The position numbers were made by a program, and so were the translations under genes. From an uncultured delta proteobacterium (GTDB taxonomy: Bacteria > Desulfobacterota > Binatia > UBA9968): DNA of 64,000 nucleotides. The notes under the pieces are model-generated. The model was given only the letters and a program-made list of their open reading frames with translations. It had not been told where the DNA came from and ran no database searches. The DNA lies in assembly GCA_963727625.1 (NCBI GenBank), contig CAVSHR010000002.1, positions 757,575 through 821,574 on the forward strand. Reading direction: 5' to 3'. This document shows, one piece after another, positions 30,588 through 41,499 of the stretch (its first letter is position 1; each line of letters starts with the position of its first letter).

Positions 30588-31628
30588 ATGCTGGATGGGA
30601 AACTAAGGATTGCGCCGACTTGCTATCATATGTTGCACCAGGTGCCGGTGATGACGGCGCACGAAATGAATTTCTTTTACGACGAAGGCCTGGTCACGCC
30701 ACACGGATCGCTGGGCTATGACATCTTGACGGAGTCGATCGTGCCTTTCGGGCTCGAGAAACTCGGCATCTCGCAGGCGATGAAGGAAAAATCCATCGAT
30801 ATCGCGCTCGACGTGCAGTCGCGCACGGTCTTTTACCAACGCGCGCGGGGCGCGGATCTGTATATTCTCTGCGGCTGGCGCAATCAGCACACCAACGTCT
30901 GGATGGCGCCGCCGCATATCAAATCGCTGCAAGCATTGAAGGGCAAACGCGTCGGCATCAGCGACTTCAACAGCATTCGCCACTGGGCGATCCAGATCCA
31001 GCTCAAGAAGGCCGGTTTGGATTTGGATCGCGACATCGAGTGGGTGCGGCTCGGGGTGAATACGCGTTTTCACGTAGACGCGATTCGCAGCGGTAAAGTC
31101 GAATGTGCGCCGGTGCCGCCCTGGAGCGCCGAGGATCTGAAAAAAGAAGGCTGCAATGCGCTGGTGTCGCCGGCGGATCAATATCCCGACGGTCGTCCCG
31201 AGCGGATCATCGCCGCGACCGGACGTATTCTCGAAGAGCGGCCCGACCTGGTGAAGAGTTTCCTTCGAGGAATGATTCGCAGTTATTGGTTTATCCGCGA
31301 CATGCCGAAAAACTATGAGTACGTTAACAATCTCGAAAAGCGGCTTCGACTGAAGAGCGCCGATCCGGAAGAGCGGGTGGTGACCCACTTGCGCACTCCG
31401 CGCGATCTCGAAGCCATGCCGTTTCCACTCGACGGCAGGGCGACCGGTTTCGAAGACATGCTCAAGGAGGAAGAGCGGCTCGGCGAGCTCAACTATGAAG
31501 TTCCGCCGGTCAAAGAGGTGGCCGCGCAGGATTTGGTCGATGAGGCCTTTAAGGAATTGCGCGCGCGGCCGGAGTTAGATGAGGAGTATCAGCGCGTGAA
31601 GGTGATTGAGAAGCGATGGGGTTATTAG
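30588..31628 (+). CDS. NMT1/THI5-like binding-fold protein without a signal peptide
   Basis: IKSLQALKGKRVGIS, LKKAGLDLDRDIEWV, RPDLVKSFLRG. N-terminus is not hydrophobic. Confidence 0.8.
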   Translation: MLDGKLRIAPTCYHMLHQVPVMTAHEMNFFYDEGLVTPHGSLGYDILTESIVPFGLEKLGISQAMKEKSIDIALDVQSRTVFYQRARGADLYILCGWRNQHTNVWMAPPHIKSLQALKGKRVGISDFNSIRHWAIQIQLKKAGLDLDRDIEWVRLGVNTRFHVDAIRSGKVECAPVPPWSAEDLKKEGCNALVSPADQYPDGRPERIIAATGRILEERPDLVKSFLRGMIRSYWFIRDMPKNYEYVNNLEKRLRLKSADPEERVVTHLRTPRDLEAMPFPLDGRATGFEDMLKEEERLGELNYEVPPVKEVAAQDLVDEAFKELRARPELDEEYQRVKVIEKRWGY

Positions 31629-31679
31629 ACTCAAGCCTTCGGACCGTTTAAACCGTTCTATCATGAGATTTGCCTTTTA

Positions 31680-33128
31680 ATGCCCGTGTCATCACTCGCG
31701 ATCCTCATCGACTTCGGCAGCACCTTCACCAAAATCACCGCGGTGGATTTGTCTGCGTCGCGATTGCTCGGCAAGAGCCAGTCGCCGTCCACGGTGTCGA
31801 CCGATGTGCGCGAAGGGTTGCTGCGCGCCCTGATCGGTTTGCAGACACGGCATCAAGTCTTCGATCAATCTCCCAAAGATTTGTCCGTTCTGACGGGCCA
31901 TACCGTTCTCGCCTCGAGCAGCGCCGCCGGCGGTCTGCGTATCGCCGTGGTCGGTAACGTGCCTGGTTTGACCGTCGAAGCAGCCAATCAAGCGGCGCTT
32001 GGCGCCGGCGCCAAGATCGTCGGGTCGACGGCTTTCAAGCTCGGCCACGATAAGATTGACGATATCGAAAAACTGCGGCCCGACATGATTTTGCTCACCG
32101 GCGGGGTCGACGGGGGGGATGAAACGACCATTTTGTACAACGCACGAATGCTCGGCGCGTCGGGGCTCGAGGTGCCGATGGTCGTGGCCGGCAATTGCGC
32201 AGTGGCGGCGCAAGTGGGTGAAATTTTGCAGCGCGGCGGCAAGGAAACCAGGGTCGTCGATAACGTTATGCCGAAGGCAGGAACGCTCAGCGTAGAATCG
32301 GCGCGGGAAGAGATTCGCAGACTTTTTATGGAGCGCATTACCCACGCCAAAGGATTGGACGAGGTCAAAGAATTCGCCCCGGTGGTTTTGCCGACTCCCA
32401 TGGCCGTGCTCGAAGGGCTACGTCTCGGCGCCGACGGCAGGGACGGCGAAAAGGGCTGGGGCAGTATGCTGGTGATTGACGTCGGCGGTGCAACCACCGA
32501 CGTCCATTCCATCGGTTATGGCGTTCCCGCCGGAGAAAACGTCATCGCGCAGGGCTTGGCCGAAGCCTACGCCAAGCGGACGGTTGAAGGGGATTTGGGC
32601 ATTCGCTTCAATGCCGCGACGATTTTAGCTCGGGTCGGCTTGGAAAAACTCGAAGCCGATTTGCGCCGGGAATTTCCGACTGCGGCCGTGCCTGCGGGAG
32701 CGATTCAGGATTACATCGAACAGATCAGCCAAGAAACCGGCAGCGTGCCGCAGGCCGAGTGGCATTCGGCCGCCGATGCGGTGCTGGCGCGCGCAGCCGT
32801 CGATCTTGCGGTGGCGCGCCATGTCGGCCGGCGCGAAAGGATCGTCGCGCGCGAGGGCGAGGCCTGGGTGCACTCCGGCAAAGACCTGCGCGATACGCGC
32901 ACGCTGATCGGCACCGGCGGCGTGTTCGTGCACAATCCCTTCGCGAAATACATTTTATCGCAGCCGGAGCCAGGCGACGAGCGGGTCCAAGCCCTGCGGC
33001 CGAAAAATCCCAATCTGTTTTTGGATTCCTCCTACTTGCTCTACGCCGTTGGTCTGCTCGCGGAAAAATACCCCCGAGTCGCGCTCAAGCTATTCACCGA
33101 TCATTTGCGCCCCGTCCTCCAGGGGTAA
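31680..33128 (+). CDS. glmL: Glutamate/methylaspartate mutase accessory protein GlmL (MutL)
   Basis: IDFGSTFTK, SSSAAGGLR, LLTGGVDGG, LPTPMAV, IDVGGATTDVHS, KRTVEGDLG, IGTGGVF. Confidence 0.9.
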   Translation: MPVSSLAILIDFGSTFTKITAVDLSASRLLGKSQSPSTVSTDVREGLLRALIGLQTRHQVFDQSPKDLSVLTGHTVLASSSAAGGLRIAVVGNVPGLTVEAANQAALGAGAKIVGSTAFKLGHDKIDDIEKLRPDMILLTGGVDGGDETTILYNARMLGASGLEVPMVVAGNCAVAAQVGEILQRGGKETRVVDNVMPKAGTLSVESAREEIRRLFMERITHAKGLDEVKEFAPVVLPTPMAVLEGLRLGADGRDGEKGWGSMLVIDVGGATTDVHSIGYGVPAGENVIAQGLAEAYAKRTVEGDLGIRFNAATILARVGLEKLEADLRREFPTAAVPAGAIQDYIEQISQETGSVPQAEWHSAADAVLARAAVDLAVARHVGRRERIVAREGEAWVHSGKDLRDTRTLIGTGGVFVHNPFAKYILSQPEPGDERVQALRPKNPNLFLDSSYLLYAVGLLAEKYPRVALKLFTDHLRPVLQG

Positions 33129-33236
33129 AACGCAGAGCGAGCTTGTGGCGAAAGATTTCAGGCTTGTGCTGACGTAGTTCTTTAGGAACAGATCACCTCG
33201 AGTCCCTCGTGGATTTAGATCTAAACGATGCCTGGA

Positions 33237-34112
33237 TCAGCTTGCTCGCGCCGCGATTTCGGCAAGGCGCTCCATTTGATCCAAGTCCTCGGCGCAGGGT
33301 CGCAAAATAAATTCATCGACGCCCATATCGGCCTGGCGCCGGATCGACTCCTCTAGCGCGGCGCGGGACGTCGGCAGGGCGCGCAATCGCTTCGCGGCGA
33401 GCTCCGGGTTGTAGCCATAGCTTGCGTTAATATATTGCTTGGCATGCTCAGCGGCGTCCGGTCCGAGCGCGAAATAACTGGCGCCGACCCAACGCGGCTT
33501 TCCCTTACGTCCGGCCGCGCGCCAGGCATCCTCGATGTTCCGCCACATCTTGAGCATGCTCTCCGGCTCGCCGCCGCCCGGCGCCATGTAGCCGTCGCCC
33601 CACCTGGCGATGCGCTGCACGATCGCCGGCACGTAACCGCCGATGAGCATCTGCGGCCCGCCGGGCCGACTTGCCGGCGGGCCGATCGGTCCGATATTTT
33701 GGGACAACGCTTCACCCGCCCACAAGCGGCGCAGGGTCGCCAACTGTTCCTCGCTGCGCCGGCCGCGCCGATGAAAGTCGAAACCGGTCGCCAGATAATC
33801 GTTAGGGCGAACGCCGATACCGATTCCGAGCGTCAATCGGCGGTTGGAAATAACGTCGAGAGTAGCAGCTTGCCGGGCGAGCAGGGTAGTCTCACGCGTC
33901 GGGCCGATGACGACGCTGGTCATAAGGCCGATGCGCCGGGTGGCACCCGCGACCAGGGCCAAGACTGACAGCGGCTCGAGCGCCTGAGCGACTACTCGAT
34001 CGGTAACGACAAGGCTGGAGAACGGTCCCTGTTCGGCGCGTGTGGCCCACTCGAGCATCAATTCGCCGGACGCGTTGGCGACCCGGCTGGGTAAACCTAA
34101 AGCGATGCGCAT
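33237..34112 (-). CDS. LLM class flavin-dependent oxidoreductase
   Basis: TRRIGLMTSV, LARQAATLDVISNRRLTLGIGIG, RIARWGDGY. Confidence 0.88.
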   Translation of the reverse strand: MRIALGLPSRVANASGELMLEWATRAEQGPFSSLVVTDRVVAQALEPLSVLALVAGATRRIGLMTSVVIGPTRETTLLARQAATLDVISNRRLTLGIGIGVRPNDYLATGFDFHRRGRRSEEQLATLRRLWAGEALSQNIGPIGPPASRPGGPQMLIGGYVPAIVQRIARWGDGYMAPGGGEPESMLKMWRNIEDAWRAAGRKGKPRWVGASYFALGPDAAEHAKQYINASYGYNPELAAKRLRALPTSRAALEESIRRQADMGVDEFILRPCAEDLDQMERLAEIAARAS

Positions 34113-34391
34113 CGTCCCTCCAAAATAATTGAGGGTGGCCGGTAGGCTGTCGAAACCCGCGGGCCAGAGTCATGTCGGGATACTTATCCAGCGCGCAGGG
34201 CGGCTGTCAAATCTGTGCCCGGCTGATTGACTCTCGCTGGTTTGTGCAAAGATTGCTGATGCGGGGTCCACGGGCTCCGGCCAGCGCAATCGCGGCCTGA
34301 AGGCTCACGCTTATGCGCGGTCGCCGGGTCCTTTTAATCAAATCGGAGCTGTGGCAAACTCGGCGGATTCATCGATTGGGGAAATCGAGCG

Positions 34392-35342
34392 ATGATGAAA
34401 ATTGCGATTCACCGCCGGCGATATTGGAGCTTCCTCATCGGGGTTGCGGCGGCTTGCTTGTTCAGCACGGCGCGGCACGCCGCCGGCGCGCAACCGACGG
34501 AAAAGAATATCCAAGCCAAAAGCCTCACGTTGGGTCTCGTCTCCGAAGTGCACCGCTCGGCCATCGAAGCGCATTTCGTCGATCTCGTGAGCTACGTGGC
34601 GCGCAAGCTATTCGCCGCGCCGGCGATGCGCGGCAAAGTTGTCGTCGCTTCCTCGCCGCTTGAGTTGGTTAAGCTGTTGGAGCAAAAGAGCGTTGATTTT
34701 TATTTCGAGAGCTCGTACGCAACCTACATTGTCAACAACGTTCATGGGGCCGGCAGAGCGCGACTGCGGCGCTGGAAAGGCGGCGTGGCTGAGTATCAAA
34801 GCCTGATAATATCGAGAAGCAAAGAGGGTATCAGGCGTTTACAAGATTTGCCGGGGAATACGATCGTGTTCGAAGACCCCGGCTCGACCTCGGGTTACTT
34901 TCTGCCGAAATTCTTCCTCCTGCGAAATGGATTCAAGCTCGTGGAAAAGGCGCGGTCCAAACCGCCGGCGCCGACTGCGGCGGTTCGCTATTTGTTCGCC
35001 TATTCTCAAGAAAAGCTTCTTGACATGGTGATGAAGCAAGCGGGTCACGCGGGAGCCTTCAGCGATCAGGATTACGCCGGCCTCAACGAGAGGAACAAGG
35101 CCGAACTCACCGTGCTGGCGCAGACCGAAAGATTGCCGCGACACCTGGTTTCGTTCCGCGCCGATCTGGCTCCACAGCTCTCCGAGCGGCTGGAGAGAGT
35201 TTTGCTCGGCATGGATGGCGATGAAGAAGGGCGGCGCATTTTAAATCAGGCCGACCACACGACGAAATTCGACATGTTGCCGGGCGGTGAGGAAGCGATG
35301 CGCCGGCGCCTCCTCGAAACTTTTTTCGCCCCCGCAAGATGA
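34392..35342 (+). CDS. Phosphate/phosphite/phosphonate-type substrate-binding protein (PhnD-like)
   Basis: YQSLII, FEDPGSTSGYFLPK, signal peptide. Confidence 0.83.
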   Translation: MMKIAIHRRRYWSFLIGVAAACLFSTARHAAGAQPTEKNIQAKSLTLGLVSEVHRSAIEAHFVDLVSYVARKLFAAPAMRGKVVVASSPLELVKLLEQKSVDFYFESSYATYIVNNVHGAGRARLRRWKGGVAEYQSLIISRSKEGIRRLQDLPGNTIVFEDPGSTSGYFLPKFFLLRNGFKLVEKARSKPPAPTAAVRYLFAYSQEKLLDMVMKQAGHAGAFSDQDYAGLNERNKAELTVLAQTERLPRHLVSFRADLAPQLSERLERVLLGMDGDEEGRRILNQADHTTKFDMLPGGEEAMRRRLLETFFAPAR

Positions 35343-35625
35343 ATAGCCGCGAATCACGATTGTTTCGAAAATCTCGCCACCGTTTTAGATAATCCGATGA
35401 TCTGTCGTTCGCGTAAGCGTATCAGGGCATCTGTTCGTTCGATGCGATCGGGCGAAAGGTTGGGTTGGAAAACCGCATAAGTTTTCATATCTTCCTCGAC
35501 GAAATGGCCCGGTCATCGGCCACAGAGAATCCGCGCCGGGTATGCTATCGTGAAAAACGGCGATTAACTCGGATGCCCAGTCGTATCGGCCGCGCCGGCT
35601 GTTTCACTCCAGGAGGCAATTGTCG

Positions 35626-37446
35626 ATGGTTCCGTTGTTGCAGCAGTGGAAGAAAATCCGCAGCTCATTCACCCATACGCCGAAGGCGCTGCGGCTGGTC
35701 TGGCAAGCGAATCGCTCGGCGACCCTCGGCTTGGCCTTTCTCACTCTCGCCGGAGCGCTGCTGCCGGCGAGCCAGGCTTGGGTCGGCAAGCTGATCGTCG
35801 ACGGAGTCGTCGCGTCGATCCAGGGCGGACAGAATGCCGAGCAGGTCCGCGCGGTTTTTTACTATCTGATTCTCGAATTGATCCTGTTTTTGCTGAGCAC
35901 CGCGCTCAATCACTCGCGCCGGTTGATCCAACAACTGATCCAGCTCCAACTGGCCAACCGCATCCGCGCCGATGTCATTCGCAAGGCGCTGACCATGGAG
36001 CTGGCCTTCTTCGAACACCCTGATTTTTACGATCGCTTGCAAAACGCCCGGCGCGAGGGCGGCTATAAACCCGTCGAGTTGATCAACGACAGCTTTCAAA
36101 TTGTCCAGAATCTGATCACCCTGATTTCTTTCGCAGCGCTGATGCTGCGCTTCAGCCCGTGGCTCGTGCTGATTCTCTTGGGCACCGGAATCCCTTCGTT
36201 TATCGCCGAGACCCGATTTTCCGAACAGGGCTTCCGGCTGCTCACGCGGCGCGCGCCGGAAACCCGGCAGATCAATTACCTGGCGCGCTTGCTGACCGAA
36301 GATACCGCGGCGAAGGAGATCAAGCTGTTCAATCTCGGCGACACCTTGCTGAAGCGCTATGTGGCCTTGTTCGACAAATTTTTTCGCGAAGATCGCTCTC
36401 TCGCAGTGCGGCGGGCCGTGGCCGGTTTCAGCCTGGGCTTGATCGCGACGATGGGATTTTACGGTTCCTACGCTTGGATCGTCTGGCGCACGGTGCAGGG
36501 CAGCATCTCGCTCGGCGACATGACCCTGTATTTAAGCATTTTCCGCCAAGGGCAATCGACGTTTCAATCGATTCTCGCCGCCGTGGGAAATATCTACGAG
36601 AACAATCTGTTCATGGCCAACTATTTCGAGTTTCTCGACATCAAACCGCAGATGACGTTCGCCGCGCCGGGTAAAAAGCCGCCTGCTTCACTGCGCCAGG
36701 GCGTCGAATTTCGCGGCGTCGGCTTTCGATATCCGGACAGCGACGAATGGGTCCTGCGCGACGTCGACCTGAGCATCAAGCCGGGCGAGAAGATCGCGCT
36801 GGTCGGCCACAACGGCGCGGGTAAAACTACCTTGATCAAACTTTTGAGCCGGCTTTACGACCCGACGGAAGGAACCATCCTGTTCGACGGCGTCGATATA
36901 CGCGAGCTCGATCCCCAGGCGCTCAGGCAAAAAATCGGCGTGATCTTTCAAGATTTCGTGCGCTATCATTTGCCGGTGCGCGAGAACATCGGCTTCGGCC
37001 AGATCGACGCCGCCGACCGCATGGATCGCATCGTCGAATCGGCGCGTAAGAGCGGCGCTGAAGCGATGATCGAAGATCTGCCCGAGGGTTACCAGACCAT
37101 GCTGGGCCGGTGGTTTCACGGCGGGCATGAGTTGTCCCTCGGCCAGTGGCAGCGAATCGCGCTCGCTCGCGCGTTCATGCGCGACGCCGAGATCTTGGTC
37201 CTGGACGAACCGACGGCCTCTCTGGACGCGCAGACCGAATATGAAATCTTTCAACACTTCAAAGAGCTCACCGAGGGAAAGATGGCGATCCTGATCTCGC
37301 ACCGTTTCTCCACCGTGCGCATGGCCGATCGTATCGCGGTCATCCAGCACGGACGCATCGCCGAAATCGGCAGCCACGGAGAGCTACTGCGCCGGGAAGG
37401 GATTTACGCCGAGTTGTTCGGCATGCAGGCCGAAGGATATCGGTGA
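35626..37446 (+). CDS. ABC exporter, fused permease/ATP-binding protein
   Basis: TM domain followed by GHNGAGKT, LSLGQWQR, LDEPT, ISHRFSTV. Confidence 0.9.
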   Translation: MVPLLQQWKKIRSSFTHTPKALRLVWQANRSATLGLAFLTLAGALLPASQAWVGKLIVDGVVASIQGGQNAEQVRAVFYYLILELILFLLSTALNHSRRLIQQLIQLQLANRIRADVIRKALTMELAFFEHPDFYDRLQNARREGGYKPVELINDSFQIVQNLITLISFAALMLRFSPWLVLILLGTGIPSFIAETRFSEQGFRLLTRRAPETRQINYLARLLTEDTAAKEIKLFNLGDTLLKRYVALFDKFFREDRSLAVRRAVAGFSLGLIATMGFYGSYAWIVWRTVQGSISLGDMTLYLSIFRQGQSTFQSILAAVGNIYENNLFMANYFEFLDIKPQMTFAAPGKKPPASLRQGVEFRGVGFRYPDSDEWVLRDVDLSIKPGEKIALVGHNGAGKTTLIKLLSRLYDPTEGTILFDGVDIRELDPQALRQKIGVIFQDFVRYHLPVRENIGFGQIDAADRMDRIVESARKSGAEAMIEDLPEGYQTMLGRWFHGGHELSLGQWQRIALARAFMRDAEILVLDEPTASLDAQTEYEIFQHFKELTEGKMAILISHRFSTVRMADRIAVIQHGRIAEIGSHGELLRREGIYAELFGMQAEGYR

Positions 37447-37536
37447 ATTGGCCAGTTACGTTCCAGCCGTTTGCAACGCTCAAATCGTTCAAGGGATTTA
37501 GGAAACAACTGCGAGGATTCGAAAACAAGGTGACTG

Positions 37537-38403
37537 ATGAAACTTAGCCGAATTTATTTGCCGGTGGTTGCCGCAGTAATGTTGTGCGCGGCCCCGACAA
37601 TCTGGGGCGCCGAGACCTTTCGCGTCGGCTTTCCATCGCTGGCGACCGGCTTTGTGCCGTCGTGGGTCGCCGCGGACAAGAGGCTATGGAAAAAAATGGG
37701 CTCGACGTCGAATTGATTTTCCTGCGCGGCGGTTCACGCACCGTGTCCGCCATGCTCGGCGGCATCGTGCATTTTTTATCATCGGCTCGGATCTGGGCGC
37801 GATCACGGCGATTTTCCAGGGCGCGACGCGGCATATGCCAGGGTGGTCAAGCTGCTGCGCGATAACGGCATGGACGCGAGCAAGGATGTGACGTTTCTTT
37901 CCGTCGGCGACGGCGGTCCGGCAGCTCGGGTGGCCGCGCTGTCGAGCGGCGCAATCCAGGCGACCATGTTTACGCCGCCATCGGATATGATCTCGCAAAA
38001 GGCCGGCATGCGCATTCTGACCAAAATCGACGTGGCCAACGTCGGCGGTGGCTTGAACGTCACCACGGCCGTGTTGCAAAAAAACGGCCCGCAGCTGCTG
38101 CGTTTTCTGCGCGGCTACATGCAAGCGATTCACTACCTCAAGTCGCACAAGGATGAGAGTTTAAAGATCTTTGCCAAATATGTACGCAATCCCGATCTGA
38201 CGATCATGGCTCACCTCTACGACGAGATTTCGAGCCGCGCGGAACCAAGCCTGCGGCCGCAACCGGACGCCGTGCGCGCGCTGCTGGAACTGGCTGCGCT
38301 GGATTTCCCGCAGGCCAGGCGCTTGAGCGAAAAGGACAATTGGGATTTGAGCTTGCTCGACGAGATTCAAGAGTCCGGATTCTTGGAGCGGCTTTATCGG
38401 TAG
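37537..38403 (+). pseudogene. NMT1-like substrate-binding protein, frameshifted with an internal deletion
   Basis: MKLSRIY..FPSLATGFVPSWVAADK, KNGLDVELIFLRGG and the C-terminal half are in three different frames. The segment containing the 'DLKGK' motif is missing near 37830. Confidence 0.75.
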
Positions 38404-38784
38404 GGCCCTGGACTCAAGACCTGTTGATTACCAATCAAGCGAGACTCCGTTAGAAATCTCATCAAACCGTAGCGTCTCGCGGTTCAATCCTGGGGCATCT
38501 GCCTCCACGATTCGAGAGTGAAATCTTAAATTACAAGTCTTTTGCCCATTCTATTTGCGAAAGTCCATATTTATCTCTAAGTTCGTCGTGCCACCAAAGC
38601 ATATGTGCCAATTCTCATGGCCTGTTTCTACCGCAACTACCAGTAAGTGCCTTCGAGTCAAGGCGGTAAGAAGATTCATCAACATCTGACTTGTCTGACA
38701 CAATCGCCTTCAGTACTATAGGGTTCGGCTTTATCCTGAGTATCGAATCATGAATTTCCCAAAAGTAAATCTGAGAGGTGTTTT

Positions 38785-41499
38785 ATGAAGTTACCGGGAG
38801 AGCAGGAGGCCATGCGCATTAGCTGTTTTCATCCATCGAGAAAATTTATCGAGTTTCCCAAGGAAGATGTTGACACATCTATTCCTGAACGATTTGAAAA
38901 GATCGTCTCCGAATATCCCCACCTAATTGCCGTCGCTACGCCATCGGAGGAGCTCACCTATGAACAGCTCAATCGAAGAGTTAACAGCATAGCCCATGCG
39001 ATCATCTCAGAATTTGGCAGCAAACAGGAACCCGTGGGACTTTTGCTGGGGAAGGGCTTGCCGCTGATCGTGGCGATATTAGCGACCCTCAAAGCCGGTA
39101 AGATGTACGTCCTCGTTGACCCCTCTTATCCACGTGAGCGCATCAATCACATATTGAACCATGCGCAGGCTCGAATCGTTTTTACGAATGGTGATTTAAC
39201 CTTCGCCAACGAATCAAATTGTCAGGATCGACACTTCTTGAATCTGAAAGCCCTGAATACTAATGGCCTTCATCATAACCCAAAAGTTACAGTTTTGCCC
39301 GATGCGCTGGCCGCAATCCACTACACCTCGGGCTCAACAGGTGAGCCCAAAGGGGTTATGCAGAGTCATCGTAAGATTCTACATCCGGTCTTTCGCGAAA
39401 CCAACGAAACGCACGTCTGCCCTGACGATCGATTCATATTTCCCGCCTCCCGAGGGGGCGATATGTTCACAGCACTTTTAAACGGTGCTTCTGTATATCC
39501 CTTCGATATTAACGAGAGTGGATTCGCTGGCCTCATTAGAACCCTTCAACAAGATCGGATTACGATCTATAGTTCGGTTACGTCGACATTTCGCTTTCTG
39601 CTCCATAGTTCAAGCAACGATCAACGATTCTCCGACGTCCGTTTAATCAAACTCATTGGCGAACCATTGTACAAAAACGACATCGAATTATATCGAAAAC
39701 AATTCTCACCAGAGTGCATCATTGTTAACAGATTAGGTAGTAATGAAACCGGAGCTATCTGTGAAAACTTTGTGAATCAACAATCCACACTCCAAGACAA
39801 TCTTATTGCTGTCGGATTTCCGTCTGTCGACAAGCAAGTCTCGCTTTTGGACGACTACGGTCAAGAAGTGGCCGACGGAGAGATTGGTGAATTCGCGGTC
39901 AAAAGTCGCTATTTGGCGGTTGGTTATTGGCGTAATGAGGCGTTGACCCAAGCGAAATTCAAAAGAGACCCTTCAGATGAGGACCTACGGCTGTACCGCT
40001 TAGGTGATTTGGGTCGAAAGCGAGCGGATGGCTCCTATATTCATGTTGGGCGAAAAGATTTCCAGCTGAAAATTAACGGTAATCGCGTGGAAGTTGCCGA
40101 AGTTGAAGCAGCTCTTTTGAATTGTACCAATGTCAAAGAGGCGGTTGTTGTCGGCGAAGATGATGCAATGGGAAACAAAAGATTGGTTGCCTTCCTCACG
40201 GTACACTCACAGCCAGCACCATCACCTCAGGAATTGAGAACGACTTTAAAAGCCCAATTCCCCGAGTTTATGGTTCCTTCTGAATTTGTATGTCTGAAGG
40301 CTTTGCCCGTAATCGGTGTAGGTAAGGTTGATCGTAAAGCGCTTGCGAATCTCGATCGCTCGAGATCATTCCTGGCCGATCATTACGTGTCTCCGCGCAA
40401 CCCAATAGAAAATGAATTGACTGTCATATGGTCCCAATTGCTGAATTTGCCGCAGGTTGGTATCGATGATGACTTTTTTTTGCTTGGAGGCCACTCACTT
40501 CTAGCCGCCCAGATGTTTGCTATGCTCGACGAGAAGTTCGGCCGGACATATCCTCTAAGCCTGTTATTGTCATCGCCTACCATTAGGCAATTGGCCAAAC
40601 ACTTTGCCCAGCCACAAGATACGCGAAGCAAGTTTATCTCTTTGGTTCCTTTGCGATCTTCTGGAAAGCGGCCATCCATATTCGCGGTGCCTGGAGTATT
40701 CGGGAACGTGCTCGGATATGCTGAATTGGCCCGACAGTTGGGCGACGATCAACCTTTTTACGCGTTACAATCAGTTGGTTTGGATGGACTTCAGCCACCT
40801 ATTGAGACCATCGAAGAGATGGCAGCGCTGTATATTAGAGAAATCAGATCAGTACAAAGTCAGGGTCCGTATGTGATCATTGGGGCTTGCTTCGGTGCCA
40901 CGGTAGCGTATGAGATCGCGCACCAGTTGTTGGCGGCTGGAAAAAAAGTTACCTATCTCGGGCTGATCGACCCGAGCAATCGGGAATATCGAAGGGACAA
41001 TGCCGCGAGTGATGGGCATTTTGAAGCTTGGAATAAAATCCAGGCTATCGCGAACCTTTTATCGTCCCGGATAAAGCTGTACGGCGACGGTTTTCGTAAT
41101 ACAACCAGTCGCAAACGGATCTCTTACGCGCTACGGAAAGCGCATTCCGTTGGCTCCACTCTCACAGACCGTAATAAAATAAAACGTTTGGCCAGAGAGC
41201 TACATCAACTTGAGGTTGCTAGTGCAAACCGTAGAGCCCTCCGTCGCTACCGTTGGGAGCCGCTCATTGGACAGCTGAAAACCTTTGAGGTCTTTGAGTC
41301 ACATCACGTTCGCCACCGCCGATCGGATAGGATTCCTTGGCAGATGCTGTGGGTTGGCGAAGTGAATATGAATCATTTTCCAGCGAAGGACTCCGGCGAC
41401 CTAATCAGTACATATGTGATTGAACTGAGTCGGATGATCTCTGAGCGCCTGGATACCGCGCTCGATTGCAAAATCCTTAAGCGTGGCGACTCCGCATGA
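38785..41499 (+). CDS. Stand-alone NRPS-like protein (adenylation-PCP-thioesterase)
   Basis: YTSGSTGEPKG, YRLGDLG, GRKDFQLKING, GKVDRKAL, PCP FFLLGGHSL, TE-like GPYVIIGACFGA. Confidence 0.88.
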   Translation: MKLPGEQEAMRISCFHPSRKFIEFPKEDVDTSIPERFEKIVSEYPHLIAVATPSEELTYEQLNRRVNSIAHAIISEFGSKQEPVGLLLGKGLPLIVAILATLKAGKMYVLVDPSYPRERINHILNHAQARIVFTNGDLTFANESNCQDRHFLNLKALNTNGLHHNPKVTVLPDALAAIHYTSGSTGEPKGVMQSHRKILHPVFRETNETHVCPDDRFIFPASRGGDMFTALLNGASVYPFDINESGFAGLIRTLQQDRITIYSSVTSTFRFLLHSSSNDQRFSDVRLIKLIGEPLYKNDIELYRKQFSPECIIVNRLGSNETGAICENFVNQQSTLQDNLIAVGFPSVDKQVSLLDDYGQEVADGEIGEFAVKSRYLAVGYWRNEALTQAKFKRDPSDEDLRLYRLGDLGRKRADGSYIHVGRKDFQLKINGNRVEVAEVEAALLNCTNVKEAVVVGEDDAMGNKRLVAFLTVHSQPAPSPQELRTTLKAQFPEFMVPSEFVCLKALPVIGVGKVDRKALANLDRSRSFLADHYVSPRNPIENELTVIWSQLLNLPQVGIDDDFFLLGGHSLLAAQMFAMLDEKFGRTYPLSLLLSSPTIRQLAKHFAQPQDTRSKFISLVPLRSSGKRPSIFAVPGVFGNVLGYAELARQLGDDQPFYALQSVGLDGLQPPIETIEEMAALYIREIRSVQSQGPYVIIGACFGATVAYEIAHQLLAAGKKVTYLGLIDPSNREYRRDNAASDGHFEAWNKIQAIANLLSSRIKLYGDGFRNTTSRKRISYALRKAHSVGSTLTDRNKIKRLARELHQLEVASANRRALRRYRWEPLIGQLKTFEVFESHHVRHRRSDRIPWQMLWVGEVNMNHFPAKDSGDLISTYVIELSRMISERLDTALDCKILKRGDSA

